DNA from: Bacteroidales bacterium
Lineage (GTDB): Bacteria; Bacteroidota; Bacteroidia; Bacteroidales; ML635J-15
NCBI GenBank assembly: GCA_963676165.1
Contig: OY781043.1
Coordinates: forward strand, 294,364-358,363
Direction of reading: 5' to 3'
Length of the DNA stretch: 64,000 bases
The notes under the pieces are model-generated. The model ran no database searches and was not told where the DNA came from. It saw only the letters and a program-made list of their open reading frames with translations. Made by a program: the position numbers and the translations under genes. Shown one piece after another: positions 46,829 through 56,336 of the stretch; the first letter of the stretch is position 1, and every line of letters starts with the position of its first letter.

Positions 46829-48142
46829 ATGACATCAAGTACAATAGTAGCAATAGTGGGAAGACCGAATGTTGGTAAATCAACACTTTTTAACCGCCTT
46901 ACCGAGCAACGTACGGCAATTGTTGATGACTACAGCGGCGTGACAAGAGATAGATTGTATGGTCAATCTGTATGGAATGGCAGAACTTTCTCTGTGATTG
47001 ATACCGGAGGGTATGTCGAAAACCCAGAGGATGTTTTTGAATCAGAAATAAAGAAACAGGTTTTGCTAGCTATTGATGAGGCAGATGCAATTCTTTTTGT
47101 TTTGGATGTAGAAACCGGAATCACCAATTTGGATGATGAAGTGGCTAATTTGCTTCGAAAAACAGAAAAGCCAGTAATTATTGTCATCAATAAGGTGGAT
47201 AATACCAAGCGTTATGAAGAGATTTATGAATTTTATAATCTCGGTTTAGGCGATCCTATGCCGGTATCATCCATCAATGGAAGTGGGACTGGAGAAATGC
47301 TCGATAAGCTTGTGGAGGTGCTTCCTGAGAAAGAAGACGAAGAAAGAGAAGAAGAAATTCCTCATTTTGCCATTATTGGTCGTCCGAATGTTGGTAAATC
47401 ATCCATGATAAACACTTTGATTGGAGAAGAAAGAAATCTTGTGACTGATATCGCAGGAACTACGCGGGATTCTGTAAATACAAAGTACAATAAATTTGGA
47501 TTTGATTTTGTGTTGACTGATACAGCCGGATTGCGCCGAAAAGACAGAGTGAGAGAAAATCTTGAGTTTTATTCTGTCATGCGCTCAATTCGAGCTATTG
47601 AAAATTCCGATGTGTGTATTTTAATGATAGATGCACAGAATGGCATGGAAGCTCAGGATATGAATATCTTCCGTTTGGCTCAGCGAAATTCAAAAGGAGT
47701 GGTAATAGTGGTTAACAAATGGGACTTGGTTGAAAAAGAGACCAATACCGTGAAAGAAATGACCAAAGCAATTCATGAGCGACTTGCACCATTCACTGAT
47801 GTGCCAATTATTTTCACCTCCGTGTTAAACAAACAACGTATTCATAAAGTGCTTCAGGAAGCCATTCATGTGTACGAAAATCGTAAGCGCAGAATTGGAA
47901 CCGGAGAGTTGAATCGTATGTTACAAGAAGCAGTTGAGGCATATCATCCACCAGCAGTGCGAGGAGCCTACATCAAAATTAAATACGCATCACAATTGCC
48001 ATCTTATGCACCGGCTTTTGCTTTCTTCTGTAATTTACCCAAAGAAATTAAAGATCCATATCGCAGATATCTCGAAAATCAATTGCGAAAGAAATACGAC
48101 TTTACAGGCGTGCCACTTAAGCTTTTTTTTAGAAAGAAGTAG
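46829..48142 (+). CDS. der: Ribosome-biogenesis GTPase Der (EngA)
   Basis: It has two tandem GTPase domains (GRPNVGKST.. and GRPNVGKSS..) plus a C-terminal KH-like domain. Confidence 0.9.
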   Translation: MTSSTIVAIVGRPNVGKSTLFNRLTEQRTAIVDDYSGVTRDRLYGQSVWNGRTFSVIDTGGYVENPEDVFESEIKKQVLLAIDEADAILFVLDVETGITNLDDEVANLLRKTEKPVIIVINKVDNTKRYEEIYEFYNLGLGDPMPVSSINGSGTGEMLDKLVEVLPEKEDEEREEEIPHFAIIGRPNVGKSSMINTLIGEERNLVTDIAGTTRDSVNTKYNKFGFDFVLTDTAGLRRKDRVRENLEFYSVMRSIRAIENSDVCILMIDAQNGMEAQDMNIFRLAQRNSKGVVIVVNKWDLVEKETNTVKEMTKAIHERLAPFTDVPIIFTSVLNKQRIHKVLQEAIHVYENRKRRIGTGELNRMLQEAVEAYHPPAVRGAYIKIKYASQLPSYAPAFAFFCNLPKEIKDPYRRYLENQLRKKYDFTGVPLKLFFRKK

Positions 48143-48409
48143 GTGAGGTTTCCGTTTTCACTGCGTTACGTCGGACAAGTTTAGTTTGTAGTGTCCTAAA
48201 AACTGATAATCAGGGAATTTGAGATTTTGAAATTGATTTTTAGAGCTTGTCAGTCTGAGACTGCTTGTCCAACTGCTGGCGGAGACAAGTTTTGGGATTT
48301 GTAATTTGTTACCTGCTAGCCGACAGGTTGGGTTGTGATTTATTACTTGTCCTTTCTTCTCTCAGCATTTTTTTTTTAACTTTATGCTTGAAAATAAAAA
48401 TTCATTGAT

Positions 48410-49801
48410 ATGTTTAAAAAAGAAGTTTACATAAACCGTAGAGAGCGTCTGAAAAAGATAGTAAACGACGGAATTATTTTGATCTTGGGAAACAACGAAT
48501 CTCCGATGAATTATCCGGCAAACGGATATCATTTTCGTCAGGATTCAGATTTCCTTTATTTCTTTGGTCACGATCACGATGGTATGGCCGGTGTAATGGA
48601 TGTTGATAATGGTGATGATATTTTATTCGCAAATGATGTGAGTATGGATGATATCATTTGGATGGGTCCACAACCTAGCGTAAAATCGCTTGCAAATGAG
48701 GTAGGAATGGAAAAAACTGCACCATTTGGCGATTTGGCTGATTACTTGGTGAAAGCTGCTGATGCAGGTCGTAAAATTCACATTTTGCCTCAGTACCGTC
48801 ACGATAACATGATTTATTTGAATCAAGTACTGGGGATTCCTTTTGCACAAATGAAAGAAGCTGCATCGGTTGAGTTAATCAAAGCGGTTGTGAGTTTACG
48901 TAGCATTAAGGATGAATTTGAAATTGCAGAAATTGATAAAGCATGTGATATTGGATATCTTATGCATACATCTGCAATGAAAAAAGCTGCTCCTGGTGTT
49001 GTTGAGCGTGAAGTTGCTGGTTTAATGGAGGGGATTTCCCTTTCACATGGTGGAGTTCCATCTTTCCCAATTATTTTATCTGTGAATGGACAAACCTTGC
49101 ATAATCATTATCATGGCAATGTCATGAAAGATGGCGATTTGATGTTGGCTGATGCAGGTTGTGAAACCATTTTGCATTATGCTTCTGACAATACGCGTAC
49201 CAGCCCGGTAAGTGGGAAATTCACTACCAAGCAGCGTGAAGTTTACGAGATAGTAATGAATGCTAACAATCATGTAATGTCCTTAATAAAACCGGGAATT
49301 ACATACCGTGAAGTGCATTTGGCTGCAGCAAAAGTTTTGGCAACGGGATTAACAGAATTGGGTATTATGAAAGGAAATCCGGATGATGCTGTTCGTGAAG
49401 GAGCACATGCATTATTCCAACCTCATGGTTTAGGTCATATGATGGGACTTGATGTGCATGATATGGAAGGTTTAGGCGAAGATTTTGTCGGTTATGATGA
49501 TAAGATTAAACGTTCAAGCCAATTTGGACTTTCAGGTTTGCGATTAGGTCGAGAATTGCAAGCTGGTTTTGTTTTGACGAATGAACCAGGCTGTTATTTT
49601 ATTCCTGAGTTGATTGCAGCGTGGAAATCTGAAAACAAACATATGGATTTTATTAATTATCAGAAACTTGAATCGTATCTTGATTTTGGTGGTATTCGTT
49701 TGGAAGATGATATTCTCGTTACTCCTGACGGACATCGTTTATTGGGAAGTAAACGCATTCCTATTACACCAGAAGAAGTTGAAGAGTGTATGAGATCGTA
49801 A
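48410..49801 (+). CDS. Xaa-Pro aminopeptidase (M24B family)
   Basis: HGLGHMMGLDVHD, the EPG motif (LTNEPGCY) and IRLEDD are metal-ligand contexts of aminopeptidase P. Confidence 0.8.
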   Translation: MFKKEVYINRRERLKKIVNDGIILILGNNESPMNYPANGYHFRQDSDFLYFFGHDHDGMAGVMDVDNGDDILFANDVSMDDIIWMGPQPSVKSLANEVGMEKTAPFGDLADYLVKAADAGRKIHILPQYRHDNMIYLNQVLGIPFAQMKEAASVELIKAVVSLRSIKDEFEIAEIDKACDIGYLMHTSAMKKAAPGVVEREVAGLMEGISLSHGGVPSFPIILSVNGQTLHNHYHGNVMKDGDLMLADAGCETILHYASDNTRTSPVSGKFTTKQREVYEIVMNANNHVMSLIKPGITYREVHLAAAKVLATGLTELGIMKGNPDDAVREGAHALFQPHGLGHMMGLDVHDMEGLGEDFVGYDDKIKRSSQFGLSGLRLGRELQAGFVLTNEPGCYFIPELIAAWKSENKHMDFINYQKLESYLDFGGIRLEDDILVTPDGHRLLGSKRIPITPEEVEECMRS

Positions 49802-49830
49802 ATGAATTTTGATATGACATAAAAAAGATA

Positions 49831-49866
49831 CTGTCCAAAAGTAAAATTGGACAGCCTCTTTTTTTA
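49831..49866 (+). terminator. Rho-independent terminator
   Basis: CTGTCCAA-AAGTAAAA-TTGGACAG followed by CCTCTTTTTTT. Confidence 0.7.
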
Positions 49867-50149
49867 TATCAATTCGAGTTATTTTAACGTGAGTTCGACA
49901 TAAGAAAAGGCCTAATAAACTTGTTAAAGAGCAAGGTCATGATTATATTTAAGTAGTTGTAATTTACATATATATAAACTTAGAATCCTGAGTTGTGAAA
50001 ACAAAATTACTGAAATATTTTGTTTTGTTGATGAATTTTGCAAAGAATTTGATCAGGTTAAAGAAGGGCATATTTTAACTGACAATAATTTAAAAAAGTC
50101 GGTTTCATTTGTTTAACGCTGTTTTTTTTTACGTTAAATTATGTGAGAT

Positions 50150-50818
50150 TTAAGCAATGCTTTCATTGACAATTTCATTCAAATATTGATTGAAATTGTA
50201 TTGTACTTTAAACGCTTCTGTAATTTTTGTAACAAGTTCAGGATTTTGCCAAATATTTTCATCCAGAGGACTCACAATTGAATAATGCTTGTGATTCAGC
50301 AAGTCAATATGTTCAAAATCTTTCGGATAACCTTGAGGAGCTGTCTTTAATTTTTCGCCATAAATCTCAGGATACATAGCTTTGAAGGATTTCTCATTAA
50401 TCAATTGTAAAAATTCGTTTGGATCAGCGAATATTTGCTTGCGAACGGCTTTGAGAATATTTGGTTGAGGCATGTGTAATCCGCCTCCTACAAAGGATGA
50501 TCCGGGTTCCATATGAATGTAATATCCGGCATACGGACTTTTGTGTCCTCCTTTTGCAATATAAGCACCAAAATGCGTTTTGTACGGTTCCTTATTTTTG
50601 GAGAAACGTACATCCCGATAAATGCGGAATGTACATTGCTTGGCTTCCAATGCACCAATTTCAGGATCAAAGCCTCGAATTTCGTTAATCAGTATATCAA
50701 CAAAGACTTCAAAGCTTGATTTGGCGTCTTTATACCTCGCTTCGTGTTGTTTGAACCAATCCCTTTGATTATTTTCCTGAAGGTCTTTAAAGTAATCTAA
50801 AATCTCATGTAGTGTCAT
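50150..50818 (-). CDS. DUF2461 (TIGR02453) family protein
   Basis: L..N..RDWF..H...Y and RIYRDVRFSKNKEPYKTH are typical of the family. Confidence 0.75.
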   Translation of the reverse strand: MTLHEILDYFKDLQENNQRDWFKQHEARYKDAKSSFEVFVDILINEIRGFDPEIGALEAKQCTFRIYRDVRFSKNKEPYKTHFGAYIAKGGHKSPYAGYYIHMEPGSSFVGGGLHMPQPNILKAVRKQIFADPNEFLQLINEKSFKAMYPEIYGEKLKTAPQGYPKDFEHIDLLNHKHYSIVSPLDENIWQNPELVTKITEAFKVQYNFNQYLNEIVNESIA

Positions 50819-50918
50819 AATGACAAATATACAAATGTAGAGTGTAAGTTGTTCATGGGATGTGCAACTTTATATGTCAGTGATAAGGAATTGATGTGAG
50901 TTTAATTTGCATGGTTTT

Positions 50919-50983
50919 GGGGTGCCGCTTTTGGACATGATTTTTGCACTAAAAAGCAAAAATTCATGCCAAAAGCGGCACCC
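50919..50983. repeat. REP-like palindromic intergenic repeat, copy 3 (most complete)
   Basis: GGGGTGCCGCTTTTGGACATGATTTTTGCACTAAAAAGCAAAAATTCATGCCAAAAGCGGCACCC. Confidence 0.85.
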
Positions 50984-50999
50984 TGGTTTTTGTTCTGCT

Positions 51000-51614
51000 T
51001 TATATTGGCTGGTAGGAAATATAATCCGACCAGAAAGGTCCTTTTCCAATGCTTCCTTTACGGATGGGTGCATGTTGAATACATGTTTTGAATTCCTTAT
51101 AGCTAAATGATTTTTTGAGTTTTGGAGCAATGCGAGCAAGAGTTCCTCTGCGCAAATCGGTTAAAATAATGATGCCCTCTGGTTTACATACACGCTCTAA
51201 TTCGGCGAGCATTTTTTCCGGGTTTTCTACAATGTGAAGCACAAAGCTACTGACAACACAATCGAAACTATTGTCAGGAAAGGCAGAAAGATTTTCTACA
51301 TTTGCTATGGATAAATCGATACGAGATTGCATATTTTGCGCCTGGACAAATTTGTTTCCCAGATCAATTAATGGCTCAGAGAGATCGACAGCATGGATGT
51401 GAATTTCGGGACAGTATTTGGCTATTTGCATGCTTACCCCAGCAAATCCACAACCGGCATCCAGCACTTTTATGCCGTTAAAATTGTGTTGTTTAAGTAT
51501 TCTGCAAATACGTTTTCCCACTTTGCGGTTATTCTTTTTGTTACGCTCATAATAGCCCATTGCCCATGTACTATCGTTAAATACTCTCGGATGATTTAAA
51601 GGGTTTCTTTTCAT
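51000..51614 (-). CDS. Class I SAM-dependent methyltransferase
   Basis: Motif I is VLDAGCGFAG, followed by a post-I acidic residue (HAVDLS) and then FDCVVSSFVLHIV. Confidence 0.8.
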   Translation of the reverse strand: MKRNPLNHPRVFNDSTWAMGYYERNKKNNRKVGKRICRILKQHNFNGIKVLDAGCGFAGVSMQIAKYCPEIHIHAVDLSEPLIDLGNKFVQAQNMQSRIDLSIANVENLSAFPDNSFDCVVSSFVLHIVENPEKMLAELERVCKPEGIIILTDLRRGTLARIAPKLKKSFSYKEFKTCIQHAPIRKGSIGKGPFWSDYISYQPI

Positions 51615-51812
51615 GATTTTTTATTTCAAAAGTACCGGTGGGAGGCATTTTATGCTAGTGTTTTTCGGTGAAAGCTGTGGAAATCTCGGTAAAACAGCGA
51701 AATAGCACTGCAATACTCAAAAGCAAAAAATTGACTCTTGAAAACCTGTTTTCTGACAGCTTATCAAACAATAATCATAAAGGTTTGACAAGTTTTCCAT
51801 GTTTTTTGTGAT

Positions 51813-51965
51813 TTATCGAAAATATCTCTACCTTTCGAGAAGAAACAAGCACAAGCACGCTCGTTTATAAATGATTACATTTATTTATAAATACTTACCA
51901 TGCAGTTGATATTGATTGATTGTTAGGTGTTTGTGAAAGGAGTTGTGGATATAAACGAGTTATGC
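51813..51965 (+). repeat. Conserved ~150-bp non-coding element, copy B (hairpin CTCGTTTATAA...ATATAAACGAG ending GTTATGC)
   Basis: It is homologous by eye to 3015-3160. Its right end GTTATGC is identical to the right core of attC-like site F. It sits at the left border of array 2. Confidence 0.6.
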
Positions 51966-52064
51966 ACAAGTAAAGAGAATTACTGCAAAAAGGTATGAAT
52001 TGTTAAAATTGAATTGATTTCGGCTGTAATGAAAAAAAGCGTAAATTTGTAAAAAGAGATAATC

Positions 52065-52286
52065 ATGGATATCCAAACAAAGAAATATCATTTGATAGAG
52101 TGGATTACGCAAATAAGGGATTCGCAGCTTCTCGACAAGTTGATGCGGCTTGCTACAGAAAATGATTGGTGGGAAGAAATAAGTCAGTCAGAGCGAGATG
52201 CCATAGAAGAAGGTTTGCGAGATTTGTCAAAAGGGAATTTACATGATCATTCAGAAGTGAAGAAGCTTTATGAAAGATATCACTAG
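52065..52286 (+). CDS. Putative antitoxin (addiction-module component)
   Basis: 73-aa acidic ORF that overlaps the following RelE/ParE toxin ORF by 17 nt. Confidence 0.6.
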   Translation: MDIQTKKYHLIEWITQIRDSQLLDKLMRLATENDWWEEISQSERDAIEEGLRDLSKGNLHDHSEVKKLYERYH

Positions 52287-52569
52287 GGTTGTATGGTCAG
52301 ATCGGGCTGTCTCTGATTTGAAAAATATCATTAATTACCTTGAAGACAATTGGACGCAAAAAGAGATAAATAAATTTACGCTAAAACTTGAAAAACAAAT
52401 TTCAATAATAAAGGAGCATCCGAAAGCTTTTGTTGCTACTAATCACAATAATGTTAGAAGAGCAGTAATGACAAAACAAGTAACACTTTATTATGATTTA
52501 GAAGAATCGACAATTAGAATCGTAACATTATTTGATACACGTCAAAGTCCGACCGAATTGCAATTCTAA
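52270..52569 (+). CDS. Type II toxin, RelE/ParE family
   Basis: 99-aa ORF. W..RA..DL..I..Y and the C-terminal IRIVTLFDTRQSP are typical of ParE/RelE-like toxins. Confidence 0.7.
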   Translation: MKDITRVVWSDRAVSDLKNIINYLEDNWTQKEINKFTLKLEKQISIIKEHPKAFVATNHNNVRRAVMTKQVTLYYDLEESTIRIVTLFDTRQSPTELQF

Positions 52570-52612
52570 AACATTTTGCAGATAATAAAAAACTTTTAGA
52601 AAGAATACCAGT

Positions 52613-52694
52613 GCATAACAATAAATATATATCAGCTGCGCGAGTTTGATACGCAATAGTGGCGCAGCCGCTACATATTTGCATACCGTTATGC
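52613..52694 (+). repeat. attC-like imperfect inverted repeat, site F
   Basis: GCATAAC (52613-52619) and GTTATGC (52688-52694) are perfect complements. The inner pairs are AAATAT/ATATTT and CTGCGC/GCGCAG. GCATACC is unpaired next to the right core. The central motif is GAGTTTGATAC. Confidence 0.65.
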
Positions 52695-52773
52695 CCTATG
52701 TAGGCTTGACAGACGAAAAAACAGAACTCAAACTATTTACAATTTAAACTTTAGTTTAAATCGGATTATTAAA

Positions 52774-53146
52774 ATGATTCATGAAATTGATATAAAGCCT
52801 ATTCATAAGAGGTTATTATTTAGCTTAGGTCATTTGGATATATTTTTCAATAGTTATTATTGCTTTAATAGCTTATGAGAAAGGACTTTTTGAAGCCATG
52901 ATTTTTTGCATTATTTGGCTAACACTACTCTTTGTGAAAATATTTTATGATTCTCGGTATTTTGTATCAAGAATATCATTTGATGAAAATATAACGGAGC
53001 ATCTACTAATGGAAGCGAAGGAAAATAGAACAAAAATTTGTGTTCTTCATGCTTCGAAAATGGGGGACCCAATTTATACAAAGCTTGGTTTTCAAAAATA
53101 TGGAGAAATTGAAACCTATAGAATATTGAAAGAAAAGAATAACTAA
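52774..53146 (+). pseudogene. Disrupted cassette ORF ending in a GNAT acetyltransferase C-terminal remnant
   Basis: A 33-codon ORF from 52774 stops, and reading resumes at 52898 in another frame. Only the last ~45 aa (ITEHLLMEAKENRTKICVLHASKMGDPIYTKLGFQKYGE) look GNAT-like. The N-terminal GNAT motifs are absent. Confidence 0.5.
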
Positions 53147-53262
53147 AGCTGACACTGTATATACAAGGTAGGCGGAATGGTAGTAAATTCAACGGTTGTA
53201 GCCCGCTTAAAATTATCTCGGTTTGATACATTTGAAGCCCGCAATCGCCTACATTTGCATAC
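53139..53262 (+). repeat. attC-like repeat, site G (left and central part; the right core is displaced to 54348-54360 by the intron)
   Basis: ATAAC overlaps the TAA stop. The sequence aligns along its length with site H (ACACTGTATAT..GTAGTAAATTCAA..TCGGTTTGATA..CGCAATCGC..CATTTG). It is broken after GCATAC. Confidence 0.65.
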
Positions 53263-54347
53263 GTGTGCCAAGAAGCAGTACATCGGCATTAAACAGTACT
53301 GCATGCTTTAATTGAGATGGTGGAATCCGTCAGTTGACGGATGATCCCCCCGAAGTCGATTTCCAGGAAAGGGCTTCAACCCACCTAAAGATGCTGTGTT
53401 GAAGAAGCATGGTATTGAGCGTTTAGGAAAATACAGTCCATGAGACTGTCAGGAATGTGTACAGGAGATGAACGAAAGAGAACCATTGATGAAGAGTCGA
53501 GAAAGTGGAATCCTCAGTCAAAATCCGTATAAGTATGAATGCGGTTATAAGTGCAACGGTTACCTGTTTATTGGTTGCACGATTGGCGTCATTTAGATGG
53601 CATGAACTGTACACAGGCTCAGTTAAGGAACTTGGGAATCTGATCGGGAATGTAAAGGGAAGCACAATAAAATCAATCTAGAGGCGAAATACCAAAAACC
53701 CGAATCAGAGACGGACTAACCCGTAGTAGTGATGAATTCCTGTAATGGGAATAGAGCAAAGGGGTTAGGTTATACAGAGTCATAACATTTAACAACTTGT
53801 AAGAGGATGAATTTATGGAATGAGACAAAATCAGTACCGATAAGTCGCCAAATGATTTGGCAGGCTTATAAGAAAGAGAAAGCCAACAAAGGAAGTGCAG
53901 GTGTCGATTCAGTAAGCATGGAGATATTCGATGCAAACAGAAGTAAACACTTGTATAAACTTTGGAATCGAATGATATCGGGGAGTTATTTCCCTCCACT
54001 AGTCAAAGAAGTTGAGATTCTTAAAAAAGACGGCAAAGTCCACAAGTTAGGTATTCTAACAATAGCAAATTTCGTGGATACGAACTGTCAAGAGTATTTT
54101 ATCTGCTACGATGTCGACTGGTACGCTGGGCACGAAAACGGTATAAACGCTACAGAATAAGTTTGACAAGAGTCTGTAAATTGTTATACAGGGTTAGGAA
54201 GCAATATCCTTATCTGTTTTATCACTGGCAATTAGGATTTTCAAATTAAAAGTAGCAGATTTGTATAACAAGAGCCGTATGACGGGAGACTATCACGTAC
54301 GGTTCTGTGAGAGGCTTAGGGTGAAACTCCCTTTACCTATTCGACAC
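53263..54347 (+). mobile_element. Group II intron, ORF-deleted derivative (bacterial class C-like)
   Basis: The 5' end is GTGTG. The RT N-terminus (53807-54070) reads SAGVDSVSMEIF...YFPPLVKEVEILKKDGKVHKLGI. The IEP C-terminal remnant is RWARKRYKRYR...YPYLFYHWQLGFSN* (about 54125-54250). Domain V is GAGCCGTATGACGGGAGACTATCACGTACGGTTC (54272-54305). A domain VI-like stem follows. The proposed 3' end ...CGACAC is inferred by alignment of the flanks to site H. Confidence 0.75.
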
Positions 54348-54395
54348 TTGTCCGTTGTAGTTAATGCAAAAGAGAGTTTCGTTCAAAATGAAACT

Positions 54396-54977
54396 ATGAA
54401 AAGATTAGTAGAAAATATTGAGACTTATATTAGCTTAAATCAGGAAGAATTGTCTTTGCTTGAAAAATTTTTGACAAAAAAAACTTATAATAAAAAGACT
54501 ACCTTTTTTGAAGAAGGAAAAATTGCTAATGAAATATATTTTGTTTCTAAAGGTTGTGTTCGCCTGTTTTATAATGTAGACGGTAACGATAAAACTGCCT
54601 TCTTTTATACAGAAGGACAATTTATATGTGCAGGAGAAAGCTATACTTTCAATACACCGGCCATAGAAAACTATCAAGCAATTGAAAATACTGACTTGAT
54701 AATATTCACAAAGTCAGACATTGAAAAGTTAACGCTACTGTTACCAAGAATAGAGGTAATTGCACGAGTTGCTGTGGAGAATGAATTAATAACTAGTCAA
54801 AAAGTGATTGCTTCATTTGTGACAAAATCGCCGGAAGAACGTTACCTTGACTTGTTAAATACTCAAAAAGAACTTTTCCAAAGAGTTCCACAACAGTATA
54901 TTGCATCGTTTCTTGGAGTTTCGCCGGAAACACTAAGTAGAATCAAAACAAGAGTTTACAAAAAAGAACGTTCTTGA
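54396..54977 (+). CDS. Crp/Fnr-family transcriptional regulator
   Basis: It has a cNMP-binding fold (FFEEGKIANEIYFVSKGCVRLFY) and a C-terminal HTH (QQYIASFLGVSPETLSRIK). The listed ORF start at 54261 lies inside the intron. Confidence 0.8.
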   Translation: MKRLVENIETYISLNQEELSLLEKFLTKKTYNKKTTFFEEGKIANEIYFVSKGCVRLFYNVDGNDKTAFFYTEGQFICAGESYTFNTPAIENYQAIENTDLIIFTKSDIEKLTLLLPRIEVIARVAVENELITSQKVIASFVTKSPEERYLDLLNTQKELFQRVPQQYIASFLGVSPETLSRIKTRVYKKERS

Positions 54978-55032
54978 TGATGGTCAAGAGAAAGTAGAAT
55001 TATATGCTATAACTTTGTTTTTAAAATAAATA

Positions 55033-55893
55033 ATGATGAAAAAAGTATTAGTAGCAGGAGCAACGGGATATTTAGGTCAGTACTTAGTTAAAGAGCTAAA
55101 GAAAAGAGGATTTTGGGTAAGAGTTTTAATTCGAAAAGAAGCTCAAAAGGAAAAATTTGAAACAGTTGACGATTTTTTCATTGGAGAAGTAACTAAACCT
55201 GTAAGTATTAAGGGGGTAACGAAAGATATTAATTGGGTCTTTTCAACGATTGGTATTACTCGACAAAAAGATGGAATGACATATATGGATGTTGATTATC
55301 AAGGCAATTCCAACTTATTAAAAGAAGCATTAATAGATAAAGTTGAATCATTTGAATATATATCAGCAATAAACGGAGAGAAACTTAGACATCTCAAAAT
55401 TTTTGAAGCTAAAGAGAAATTTGTAGATGAATTGAAAGATTCTGGAATTAATTATTGTGTTTTACGTCCAAATGGATTCTTTTCCGATATGAAAGACTTT
55501 CTAAATATGGCAAAAGCTGGTCGAGTATTTTTATTTGGAGCAGGAGTGTTGAAATTGAATCCAATTCACGGAGAGGATTTGGCAAAAGTATGCGTTGATA
55601 AAATTATTGAAGGTGTTAAAGAGGAGACGGCAGGAGGGATTGACATTTTAACTCAAAATGAATTAGCCGAATTAGCACTAAAAGCGTGGAATAAACCAAT
55701 TAAAATAAGTCATCTTCCAGATTGGACAAGGAGACTAACAATTTGGTTATTACGAACATTTACATCATCTAGAACTTATGGACCGATTGAGTTCTTTTTA
55801 ACTGCGATGGCATTTGATAATATTGCAAACCAATATGGAACGAATCGTCTTGAAGATTTTTTTAAATTAGAAGTGAAAAGAATGAAGGAATAA
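55033..55893 (+). CDS. NAD(P)H-binding atypical SDR / NmrA-like oxidoreductase
   Basis: VLVAGATGYLGQYLVKEL is a Rossmann motif. 286 aa. Confidence 0.75.
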   Translation: MMKKVLVAGATGYLGQYLVKELKKRGFWVRVLIRKEAQKEKFETVDDFFIGEVTKPVSIKGVTKDINWVFSTIGITRQKDGMTYMDVDYQGNSNLLKEALIDKVESFEYISAINGEKLRHLKIFEAKEKFVDELKDSGINYCVLRPNGFFSDMKDFLNMAKAGRVFLFGAGVLKLNPIHGEDLAKVCVDKIIEGVKEETAGGIDILTQNELAELALKAWNKPIKISHLPDWTRRLTIWLLRTFTSSRTYGPIEFFLTAMAFDNIANQYGTNRLEDFFKLEVKRMKE

Positions 55894-55936
55894 GCACTAG
55901 CTACAACAAAGAATTAAGGTAAAATCCAAGTAAAAA

Positions 55937-56336
55937 TTACGAAGGAGTCAAAGACGATTTTAAATTTGGATCATATGGATTTCCTAAATTTGCGATTGCA
56001 AAAGCTTGTTTTAAGAGTTTGTTTGTTACAACAATCAGGGCAAGTTTTTTTGATTTTCCCTTATCAACAATTCGGTTATAGATAGCCTTGCAATGAAGAT
56101 TATTTTTGCATGCTGTAAAGCTTACATAAAGAGGTAGTTTCTCATCAGAGCATTCCCTCTTTTGGAGATTCCAGAGTGACCTTTGACGTTAGATCCTGAC
56201 AAGTATTCAACAGGGGAGAGTCCAAAAACGCTGATAATTGTTTTGCATTATCAAAAGTCTCAAATGCATTTGTACAAACAATAAGAAAAAGAGCTGTCTT
56301 TTTACCGATGCCAGGTATTGATGTGATATTAGTAAG
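55937..56336 (-). pseudogene. IS110-family transposase, C-terminal remnant with frameshifts
   Basis: The minus strand reads LTNITSIPGIGKKTALFLIV...QLSAFL / GLSPVEYLSGSNVKGHSGISKRGNALMRNYLFM / AKNNLHCKAIYNRIVDKGKSKKLALIVVTNKLLKQAFAI in three frames. The N-terminal DEDD domain is missing. Confidence 0.7.

Noticed and set aside
53423-53999. Minus-strand ORFs of 80 and 108 aa
   Set aside because: They lie antisense within the ribozyme part and RT start of the group II intron. No motifs are visible and the composition is low-complexity.
54261-54395. Upstream part of the listed 238-aa Crp ORF (NKSRMTGDYHVRFCERLRVKLP...)
   Set aside because: This is the translation of group II intron domains V/VI. 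The Crp/Fnr protein starts at the ATG at 54396.
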